A stretch of 64,000 nt of DNA, taken from assembly GCA_013239625.1 (NCBI GenBank), contig MU053334.1, positions 248,001-312,000 on the forward strand. Direction: 5' to 3'. Source of the DNA: Lama guanicoe. Taxonomy: Eukaryota. Below the pieces are notes generated by a model. The model searched no databases and was not told the DNA's origin. It saw only the letters and a program-made list of their open reading frames with translations. A program made the translations under genes and the position numbers. Below are positions 31,776-43,200 of the stretch, piece by piece. Position 1 is the first letter of the stretch. Each line of letters opens with the position of its first letter.

Positions 31776-34250
31776 GTATGTGGGCAGCAGCCCCCGACCC
31801 GTGTCTGTCACTGCCCAGACCCCTGTTACGGGCCTGGTGCCTGGAGTGGGGGTCCTGGACGTGGGTGGGCCTGGGGAGCTGCCCGGGCTGGACGGACGGG
31901 GGCTCCTGTGCCCGCAGAGGACGGCAGGAAAACCTTAGTGAGAGGAATCCAAGCAGTCAGAGAGGAGCCCTGAGCCTCCCTGACATCCCACTCCCCCGCC
32001 TTGGGGCCTCGCCCTCCCCCAGGGCTGTCCTCACCGAAGGGAGCTCAGCTCCATCTTTCCTGTAACTTCCTGTTCCTAGGGACTTGGCCCTGTGAGTGCT
32101 CCTCTCAAGATTTTGCAAATAAAGTAGGCTGTCGGGAGCGGAGCGGTCGTCACAGCCCAGTTAGAGAAGTGGGTACGCTACGTCAAACCACCTCAGGCGG
32201 GATGAGGCTTCCTGAGGTCAGGACTGAGGGGGGTGCAGAGGCCAATAGGTGTGGGGGCCCCTCCCAGGGGCCTCACTAGCTGTGGGGCATCTGACCCCCA
32301 AAACTGCACCCATAATCTGTTTCCAGCCCCTACTCCTGCTCGCCCCGCGGCCCCACCCGCTCGGTCACCCCGACCCCCTCTGCATCACTGCTGTTGTGCA
32401 GCGACCTGCCTGGCGATGCCCAGCCAAGTACCAACCAAGGCACCACCCAGCCCACCAGGACACCTGGCCCCTCCTGGCTCTTGGCCTCCTGTTGGCATCA
32501 CACTCATCCCACTGACTCCACCTGTCCTTGTTCCACGGAAGCCACCAGAGGTCACACAGGGACTTAGGCTGACGTGGGCCCTCAATCCAGCCCTGACTCA
32601 GCTCCCCTCAGCCCCTGAGCTGCCTTGGTCCCGCTGGGATGTGCAGGGCCTGTTTCCTCCAGGGCCAGCCCTGCTGCCTGCTGCGATGTGTCCTGGCCCA
32701 GGCTCCCCCTTTGCTGGTCCTCCATGTCTTCCAAACCCCAGGCCGGGGAGCCTCACGTGCGCCTGGCACGCCTCTCGCTCCATGTCCACTGACACTGACT
32801 CACGCTGTGGCCCCACTGCTGACTTTCCTCCCCCGTGTCCCCACTCCTGAGCAGACCTCCAGACACACCAGGTCCCAGCACTCACTCCCAGTGCAATGGC
32901 CTCTGCGCTCCCCTCCCACTCGGAGGGAACCAGCCCATGCTTTCAGCCCCGCCCTCTAGCCCACAGCCGGTGGGGGGGTGCCAAGGTGGGGTCTTGGGGA
33001 GATGGGCTGTGGCCCCACGTGCCAGTCGGCACACCAGCACACAGACCCCCATGCACACACAGGAACGCACACACCCACTCACAGCAGCTTCTGAGAGCCC
33101 CACTTCACCCCTCCTTCCATTCAAGCCCAACCCCACCTCACACGCCAGATCTGGGGGGCCAGGCCTGTCTCCCAGAACCAACAGGCCACCCTACCCAACC
33201 CCAGCAGCAGGCCTAGGTGGGGACAGCCCTGGGGGGCCGCTGTGTGGGTCGGGAGAGGGCCCCATCGGACGTACCAGCCCGTGTACTCATCTGAAGCCCA
33301 CACCGGCAGAAGCTTGGTGCCCAGGTGGGCTGCCTTCCCAGACAGACTGGTTTCTGCTGTGGAGCTGCGAGGTCAGACTTCCCGTCCACACCACGCGAGC
33401 AGCTCCTCGGGGCAACTCCTGAGGGCCCGGCCAGTCCTCGACCCCAGGGACAGCTGTGTGTCCCCTAAAGCCCTCCTCAAATTACGCCCCGTAGCAGCAG
33501 TGACTGTGGCCCCACGTGCTTCAGCTGTGCCCGAGCTCACGCCCGGCATCTGAGCAGCGAGCCCACAGGCGCAGTCAGCATGACCACAGGGGTTCATCTG
33601 CTGGGAACCAGTGGGCTCACTGAGGTTCCTCACTGGGGAGGGGTGAGGGCAGGCTCAGCTGCCCTTTGGCTCCAGGCAATCCCAGATTTTTTCCCAGGGT
33701 GTCCCACTGGGAGCATGGCTGCACCTGTGGGCAGCGGGCCTGCAGCAAGCTGTCACTCCACAGCGACCACACAGCTCATGGGCACCAATGGGCTCCCAGA
33801 GGGCCCGGGTCCCCTGGGGCAGAGCTGGCCCCCACGCACTCTACTTGTGGGGCCTGTCAGGCTCCTCTGCAGGCAGGCCAAGCCAGAGCCTGCAATGGGA
33901 GGCGGGCCCCTCTGCACTGCCCTGAGGAGATGCCCAAAGTCGGAGAGATGTGAACAGAGGCCTGGAGTCCTGGTGTGGGGGACCCTGGGATTGTCCTGGA
34001 GTCTCCAAACTCACAGCAAACTGCAGGCCAGTGGGACCCCCGGCCACCCTATGTGGTGGGGGCTCTGCTTCCTGCCCTCACCTGGCCGGGACTGCCCGCT
34101 CCACGTCACTGAAGGGGAGGCTGGGTCCCAGGACCTCTGTCCCCACCCGATGCCCACAGCATACAGAGCATGGAGAATGGAGAAGAGTCTGTATTTTGCA
34201 CACCAGTCCTTCTGTCTCTTGGGAAAGCGCAGGTCGGCTCCAGACTGGGC

Positions 34251-37200
34251 CTACAGCAGGTCGTAGAAGTAGTCCAGGCCCTGGCCCAGCTCCCAGATGG
34301 ACACCCCAACACCCAGCTCCCTGGCCAGCTCCAGCCGCACCTGCAAGGACTGAGGCAGAGGAAGCTCAGTCCCACCCCTTGTCCCTAGGCTGCCCCGGCC
34401 CCACCCGGCCCCGAAATGTGCCCAGGTCCGAGCCCACGCTGACCCCTGCTGCCCACCCCAGCCTGGCTGAGGCCAAGGCTGTCAGGGGAGGGGTGGTGCC
34501 GGCTGCCCGCACCCCCAGCGTGAAGGCCGGGCCCACACCCACCTTTAGTGTAGGGTAGAAGACGACGTGCCTCCCACCACGGCTTCTGCAAGAGAGCAGG
34601 ACCCTTTGTCTGGCCGGCCTGATTCCCACCTGCCTCCCCTTCTCCCAGGCCCTCCTCCCCATCCAGCCAAGGTCGCAGGTCTGGCTAGAAAAGGCCCTCC
34701 CTGGTGCTACTCCTCAGGCCAGGCTGGCCCTGGGGGCAGAGGGGCTTGCGGCCTGGGACTCCCGGCTGGCCCACGCCTCACCCGGGCCCTCCTCCGGGAC
34801 ACTCACTTCTTGTACTCGAAGAAGTGCTCAGCGGCCTGGCTGTCCCACACGATCCGGGGCCTGTGCTCCTTCAGCAGCTGGATGTACCTGAGGGGGGGGG
34901 CGTGTGGGTGCTGGAGCCCTTCCTGCCCGCCCCAACACCCAGACAGGGAGGAGGTGGCCTCTCCCGTCGCCAGCGGGGTGAGGCCGCCCAAGGGCAGCGG
35001 CACGTGGGGTGCTGGACGTCGATGGCCTATGGAGTGCCAGCAGCCGGTGGGAGGGCCACGTGTGCGGCCTGGACACGAGGAAATGCCAAGGAGCAGGGCC
35101 ACGTGGGTCCTCGCTGGGGTAGGGGGAAGACAAAGACCCTGACAGATGGCCCCTGAGACACAAGCAGAGGCCGAGGCTGCATTTCCAGGCTCACTGCCGT
35201 CCTGTGACTTGGCTGCACTAGAGCACCACGTGTGACGTGAGTCTCACCGCAGCACCTCCGCCCCATGCGGGCAGAGCGCGGGTGCCCGTGCTGCGGGCGC
35301 GGTGCCTGCTGGAGGGAGGGGGCTGCTTGCTGCTGCAGGAGAAGCAGCAACTTCTGAAACTGGTGGGGGGGTTGGGGGCAGGTGCAGGCCTCGAGGGTGA
35401 ACGAGGCCTGGGGGCAGCTTCCTGAGGCCCCTTGGCACCCCGCACCCTAGCCCGTCTGGGGACAGCTGTCCAGGGCAGTGGTTTCCGGGCCCTTCCAGAG
35501 GCCAGGCTGCCCTGGGCCGGCCTTCCCTACTGGGGACACAGCTGCCCCAAGCCTGCAGTAGGCCTGGTCTTACTGCCAGGAGCCAAGGGTTCAAGAACAC
35601 CCTGCCCTCAAACACACAGAGGGCTGGCTGGCTCCCAAGGTGCCCCACCGCCAGACAGCCAAGGTCCCTAGCGACGAGCTTCACTGAGCTCACCCAGGAC
35701 CCCGAGCACTGCTTTGCTGATGGGTGGTTGAGATTCCTGCCTCCACCAGGCTGTGCTGGGTGGAGGGGGGACACACAGCCCACTGGGCAGCTCCACTGGG
35801 CGAGTGGGTGGCTGGGCGGCTGTCCTGAGAGCCCACCCAGGCTCCTCTCAGAGCCCCTGCAGTTTGCAGCCAGGCCCAGGCACCAGGCCCAGCACAGGCC
35901 TCCCCTGGGCTTCAGTTTCTGTGGCGAGGGCTCTGACTCCCACCTTGCTGGGCCAGGGTGTGGCCCGCCCTCCCTGTGGCTGGCAGAGGGGGGACAGACG
36001 GGCCAGCCCTGCCAGGGGCACAGGAGGAAGTGGGTTTGGGAGGAGCAGCTGAAGCAGGCCGGGGGCCTTCCAGGAGGGGACATTCTCCTCTGCTGCTGCC
36101 CGCAGGGTCTCTGCGGCCTGCACTGGGGAGACCCAGGCGCCCCACCCGCTGCCCGTGGCCCCAGCATCCCCTAAACACCCTACTGCCTCGAACCTGCAGC
36201 CCAAGAGGCCTGGGAGACGTCAGCCGTCCTCAGCAGGGCCGGCTGGGCAGAGGCCGCGGAGGGTTCTGGAGGGAGCCCCAGAGAGCCCACAAGGCCCAGA
36301 CCGGCCAGACCCTGGCCTGTGATGAGGGCCTGAGGGTGAGGGGGCAGCCCCTTCAACCACGGTACGGGACAGCCACACCTTTGATGAAAACGGACACCGG
36401 CTGGGCCACACCGTAGCTGGAGGAGAGGGGAGACACTGACCCCGGGACAGAGCGTGGGGATGGGGACCAGAAGTCAGTGAGGGGCCGACGGAAAGCGTGG
36501 GGGTGCAGCCAATGACCAGGTGGGCTCACCTGCACCCCAGTCCAAAACCCCTGACCTCCCACTGGCCAGCGGAGCAGACTGGCCAGGCCTAACACTGTGT
36601 GGGACCCACGCAGCCAGTGGCCTCTCCTTCCTGTTTTTGCTGCAACCCGAGCCCCCTCACACCAAGCCCCAATCCAAGGCCCCTCCGGCAGGCGGTGGGC
36701 CCTGCCTGCAGCACCCCTGAAGCCTGTGTCCAGGGCTCCGTGTCCCCTTGGTGCTGGCCTTCCCAGATTGGGCCCGCAAAGGGCATGTGGAGGGGGCAGG
36801 GCCTTAGGCCCACACGGGGAGTCCAGTGGGCACCTCTGGGTGACGTGAGGAGGTGGCCCCCTTGGTGACCCTGGCTCACAAGTCCCCACCTGCTGGCAGC
36901 GGGACTCATCCTGAGCTGCACCTCAAGGAAAGCCTCCAACACAGGAGCAAGCAGACACCGCAGCAGAGGGTGTGCCAGGAAACCGTGCAGGGGCAGAGGA
37001 CACCTGGAAGCCAACCCGGCACATGGGGACCCTGGGCCTGAGAAACCGGGGCAGGATGCTGGGAGAAGGCCCAGGGAAGGCTCAGGGATCAGACAGCAGA
37101 GCCCATACCCAGTAGAAGGAATGGAAGGCCACAGAGGAGGCCCAGAGGCATAGGAGCAGTCAGGCCGCAGTCCTGGGGCCAGTGCCTGCTTCAGCCGCTT

Positions 37201-40200
37201 CAAGGCAGAGAGACCACGGTGCAGGACGGCGGTGCTGGTAGAGCTTCCCCATGCCCGTGTGCCCTTGACCCCTGGAGTCCTGGCCCACCAAGAGGCTTCT
37301 GGGGGGTGGGGATGGTCTGCCAGGCACCGCCCACCCTTGGGGACCCATCTGGCTGAGTTCTGCTGGGCCTGGCTCTCACCGAGATCCCCAGGGAGGCCCC
37401 CTGGACTGGGGCAGGAGAGGCCAGGCGAGGTGGGGAGTGTGGACCCCAAAGGTGCAGGAGAGCAAGTGCCCACCTGGATTGAGGGCCCTCTTGGGGCTGG
37501 GCAGAGCATCCTGGCAGCCTCTCCGAAGAGGGGGCTTTGCAGCCACAGAACCCATGGATCAGCACCCAGACTTGCTCCACAGGGAACATGAGCCTGCAGG
37601 CTGCGGCGCCCCGGCCCCTCCTGGGGTGTTTCACAGTCACCCAGACTCCTCAAAGTCAGAGAGCGACCAGGCCATGCACGCAGGAGCCTGGCTGTGGTCA
37701 TGATGGGGTCTGCACGTCACCCAGGGTGGGTGAGCAGAGGCCGGTGGGAAGGGGGGACCTAGAACGTGTACAAACGACCTCTGAAGACCGACCCCACCGA
37801 GGCAGGCACACGGCCGGCCTCCTGCCCCCGCCTTCGGGCCCTGGCTCTGTGTGCTGGGGAGCAGACGGCGTGGTGGCTGAGGGGCTGGGACACCTGCCAC
37901 AGAAGGCCCAGGTCTCTGCGCTGGAGAAGCTGAGAGAGAGGGCAGGTAAGCCTGGGCCAGGCTGGGCGGAGCCTCTGTCAGTGGTGAGCCCAAGCGGCCA
38001 TGCAGTCATCGGCCCAGTCCCCTGCCCAGGGGACAGAGGCCATGCAGGGGGCTCCGTCCAGAAGTGGGGGAGCTGGACCTGGGTGACTGCGCCCACACCC
38101 TGTAGAGGCAGCCTGCCCCTCCCCTGGCAAACAGGTACCATCTGCAGGCAGCCTTGCTAAAGTCTTCCATTCGGTCCACCAGATCAAAAGAACCTGGCCC
38201 TGAGAGGGGAGGTTCTGCTGCCCAGCCATGCGAGAAGGCCCCTAACCATGACGCCCAGGGTCCCTGAGCCCCAACACCCTGAGCATGTGTGTCAACTCCC
38301 CTGTGCGCCAGGGGGATGGTCTAGAAGTCAGGCTGCAGGCAAAGGAGGTCAAATGCAACCCAAAGGGGCCAGCCGTGGGCCCTGCCTGCGGGGTTGCTCC
38401 AGTCCCCTGCCTGAGGCTCACGCAAGGGGCTGGTAGCAGGCGACAGATGGCAGACCAGGGCCCTGGAAGGAAGCGGCAGGGGTGGGGGCACTCAGGACAA
38501 TGAAGCCTCAGAGTGAGCTCACGCTGGCGCCCTCCACCCCACTCTGTGTCCCCTCTGTGTGACAGATAACTGTCGATCAATGAGGCCTCTTCTCTGCCTG
38601 CAGCCCTTGCCCAGGGACAGTCCTGGGGGGATGTGACCCCTCCCTGGGCTCACGTCCCCACTTGCAGGGGACCGTTATCTCTGATCCCCCATGAGAGTGG
38701 GGTGGGGGCACCTCGGCCATGTGCGCCCCTGCAGGTGTGTCGGTGCTTCTACTGTCACACACCCGGGGAGGCACAGCAGGGGAGTCTGTGCTCTGCCTGC
38801 CCTCTCTTTAGCAGAGACCCTAAATGTGAATCAGGTCTTGTGGGGACCATGGGGGTGACCACACTGAGGGCCACGTGTGTGCCCCACACCTCCTCTGGTG
38901 CTCAAGCTTGACCCTCCTAGTAGGAGCAGCAGCCCTGCCTGCAGAGCCAGGACTTGGATGCCAGCCCCTGAGGCACCCCGCCCCACACCGCGGGCACCCA
39001 GATGCCCCTGCGCCCTGGAGGACGACCTCCTCCTGCCCACTGAGGTTAGGGAGCTGAGGAGTCCTGGGGGAGATCAAACCAGGCAGGAGGAGGGCCCTCA
39101 GAGGCACCTGCTCCTCCCCTGCACCTCTCTGCCCCCTCCTCAAAAGCCCCTGCGGAGCGGCGGGGCCTCTGACAGGACCACACAAGCTGGGTTAGGGGCT
39201 GCAACAACTCCACTTCATGAGCTACTGCTGGACCCACGTTTAGTGAGTGAATTACAGCTCTTCACTTCTCAGATACTGTTGGAGATGAATTCTGTCCCCT
39301 GATACCATACATTGGGGTCGTAACCCCAGGAACCTCAGAATGTGACTCTATTTGAAGCTGAGCCTTTAAAGAAGTGATTAGTGTAAAATGACTGAGGTGC
39401 CCTGGGGTGGGTCCTAATCCCACAGGACTGGTGTCCTTACAAGAAGAGATCAGGACACAGACACACGCAGGCGGACGACCACGTGAGGACGCGGGAGAAG
39501 ACGGCCGTCTCCACGCCGAGCAGAGAGGCCCCGGGTGGAGCCGGCCCTGCCCACCCCTGGACCTGGGACTCCGGCCTCTGGGACTGGGGACAACACGCTT
39601 CTGCGGCTCGAGCCCGGCTACGGCCCTGGTGGGGCAGCCTGAGCTGAACAGGTGGTACCCAGGCCAACCCTCCTGCTCTCTCCGCAGGGCTCCCAGGCCT
39701 GCTTAGACCCAGACCCAGACCCAGACCAGCTGGTGCACAGGGGGCACGACTGGCCCTGAGATCCCACCTCTGAGGCCCTGTCCAGCAGTGGTCACAGCTC
39801 CCTGGGGGCATCCCACCTTGTTTTGGAGGCCCTGCCCTTAGAGCCCTTAGAGCAGGAGGGAGCCAGAGGAAACAGGGGAGCCCCCTCTGCACTCAATGGT
39901 GAGTGGGTCTGGGAACAGCTCCCCAGAACCCATGAGTCCAGCCAAGGGCCATCCTCTGTGCCTGCCCCAGGGCAGACCTGAGGGGGTCACGGGACCATTG
40001 GTGGGCAGCAGACATTCAGCCAGGGTGGACGCCCAACCCCCTGCCTGGGCAGATGCGCTGTGCCCCTGCGGTGAGCAGGCCTGCAGGCTTAGCTCACGGC
40101 TCCCGGACCGTCCCCAGAGACAGGACCAGGGCCTTGAGAGAAACGGCTGACTCTGTTTCCAGGGGAAGGGACGGCACCAAGAACAAGAGTGGAGGCTCAG

Positions 40201-43200
40201 GATCACTGAAGTGCCCAGCGCCTGGCCAGGCGAAACGCACAGCGCCTGGAGTCCCGCCCAGAGCAGAGGCCCGCGGAGAGCCGGCTGGACAGGACCGCGG
40301 TGGGAGAGACCATGCCGACCGCCCCCAGCATGATCTGGACGGAGCAGCAGGCGGGGTGCCAGGCAGCCACCCTCAACCTGCGCAGGGGACGTGCAGTGGC
40401 GAAGCCCCAGGACAAACTGCCGGACGAGAGAACTAGGCCGCGGCAGAAGCAGCACAGACAAACCGAGGACTCGATGCGCAGAGAAACAGCCTGTGAGCCG
40501 CAAGACAGCAGCAGAACCAAACAAAGGGAAACACAGGGACGAAGGCCAAAAAGACAAGACGAGTGCCAGTGGGGGGCGGAGTCGCCCGAGGGCCCGGAAG
40601 GGGAGGGAGAAAGGGAAGGACGGGAGAGTACCTGAAGAGAGCGGCTGCAGCCTCCCCAGAGGCGGTGAGAAGCGTAAAGCCAGACCTAAGCGGCTCAGCG
40701 AGAACCAGGCACCGAAACGAACTACGCGAACGCACCCGGGACCAGCACAGCAGGAGGGACGCGGCCGGCGAGGGTCTCGTGGCCGGAGCGCAGCGGACGG
40801 GGGGCGAAGCAGCACCTTTAAGGTTCTGGGAATGGTGGGCAACCGAGACCCCACACCAAAACGTCCTCCAAAAACCGAAGCCACGCAGCGCGGAGGGGAA
40901 CTCACACAGCCCGGCACAGAGCCCCCAGCAGCGCCCGCACAGGCACTCTACAGGCTGATGGGAAGGATGTTGCCAGGCAGCTCCCGCTTCTGCTGGGAAG
41001 CAGGCCCGCATGCCTGGCCCCCCGACAGAGGGGAAGGCGGCGCTGGGATGGGCTACCAGGGTCCGCGTGCGGGTCAGTCCTGCACAGTGGGTGCTTACCT
41101 CGTCCCGATGACGGGCTCGCGGGCGTCCCTGGAGGCCGAGTGGTCCATGCCATAGAGGTTGAGCCCCAGGAGGATCTTGCTCCGCCACCTGGACTTGGGG
41201 TCCAGGACCTGGACACAGGCTCGCACCCAGGACAGTGGCGCATTGGGGCCGGGCCTGTGGGGCCAGGGAGGAGTGGGTTTCAGCGGCAGGCAGAGGCTTA
41301 GTTCGTCCCCAGTGGGTGCCCCAGTCCGGGGCTGGGGTCAGTGCACACAGTGGGAAGAACAGTGTGATTCCCCCAGTGCCTTCTGGCCAGACTTGGGACC
41401 TAATCTGTGCCTGCATCTGCTCACCCAGACCCCCTGCAGAGACCAGAGCGGCCCCAGTGAAGGCCGAGGTGGACTGAGACACTGTCCCCGCCCCAGGATC
41501 CCCCGGGGCAGCCACCCTGCCCACAGGAGTCCTTCTCCTCAGCAACAGGGCAGGCCTAGCACCACAGCCACCATGTGGTGGCCAGGGTCGGGGAGGCGTG
41601 GACAGACACCCCAGGATGGCATTCCCATGGGGGTTGCTGCTGCCCTATGACCCGTGACCCGAGTGAGCAGGCTGCCCATTGCAGGGCCGACTGTGGGCTC
41701 CGGGGAAAAGACCCGGCCCTTCGTGCTCCTGGAGCCACATCCCCTAGGCAGGCCGGCGGGATGTGTTCCAAGTGCCCAGCGTCCAGGCAGAGGGCCAGGC
41801 TGGGGCCCCGGGCCCTGCGGCGCCCACACTCACTGCTGCGCTGCGGGGTAGTCGTAGGTCATCAGACTGAAGCCGTCCAGCACGGGGGCCAGCTGCTCAA
41901 ACTCCTTCTGCGTGAACAGGCCCAGCTGGTCGGTCCTGCGGTGAGGCGGCAAGGTCAGCGCGGCCATCCCGCCTGCCCTGCCAGCTGTCGTCTGGGCTCA
42001 GCCCAGCGCACGCCCTGCTCTGGGAGACACCTCCAGGCACGTTCCCGGGAAAGTCACTTGGCACTCAGTGATAGCAGATGGCCCCTGGCTGGGTCAGGGA
42101 CACTCCAGAGCCAGGGCGGGGCTGCGGGGGCCAGCAGAGACGCAGCCCCCCCCCACGTCAGAGCACGTGGTCAGTCCAGCTCCGGGCAGCCTACCCCTGC
42201 GGTGGGCTCCCCTCATCTCAGCCCCGAGAACGGTGTTGCAGGCAGAGTGCCCTTCATTCCAGGGCCTCAGGCCTGAGGCCGGCAGGAGCCCAGGCGGCCC
42301 GTCTGCTGGACACACCTGGTCTGCTAGCCCACCGGCTCGGCCATGTCCCGAGCCAGGGAGGGGCTCTCTGCTTCCCCCACAACATGAACAGAGACAGGAC
42401 CCCTCCTCTCAGCTGACGCCCCCATCCCTGGGCAGGAGTGGCCCACTGCACGGACCCCAGACATGGTCACTGATTCCACGGGGTCTTGGCCACCCTGCGA
42501 TACCCCATCTCAAGCCTGCCCAACTCTAGCCGAACAAAGCTGCCCAGGAGAGTCGCCTTCGCTGGGAGCAGCCAGGAGGCCAGGCCCAGACCCCTGGGGA
42601 CATCAGGCACCCGTGGGACCTGAGGACAAGCAGCACCAACAGTGACCCCACAAGCGGGACAAGGCAGGACTCAGCAATGGGTGCCGGCCACTGCCGGAGC
42701 TCGGGAACGCACCTGGGGAGCAGTGACTGACACAATGCCTGTGGCCACACCCCAGACGGGCCCCCTAAAGTCAGCTAGAGACACCAGGCCCTGGCCACCA
42801 CAAAACAGCAGATGCCATCAGCTCCAGGAAGACGTTTCCACGTTTCGCAAGCCCACCCACCCCCAGGTGGACATTCGCTCAGGAACCCATGAACGTCCAG
42901 ACCCCACTGTTTCTGGGTTTGATGGCTCACAAGGGAAGACAGGGCTGCGAGCTGAACAGTGCAGAGGGACCCCAGCAGAGGGGTGTGCTCCCAAGTCTTA
43001 TGCTCTGGTCACTGCAGCAGCCGAGGCCTTCCAGGAGGGATATGGGGCCTGGCACTGTCCCCAGTCAGCTGGGAGGAGGAGCCCACCCCCAGGGTCCTGG
43101 AAGTGCTGGGACCAGGTGTGAAAGGGAGGGCTCAGGCAGGCAGAAGGGAGGGGGAAGTGAACCGGGGTGGGGGGGGGACCAGGAGGCCTGCTACCCTGAG

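Noticed and set aside
36589-37701. 370-aa - strand intronic ORF
   Set aside because: No domain and typical GC-rich noise composition. CHID1 is complete without it.
39847-41545. Several 250-370 aa ORFs on both strands within a CHID1 intron
   Set aside because: Explained by the T-poor, GC-shifted repeat remnant and by off-frame overlap with a CHID1 exon. No coherent protein.
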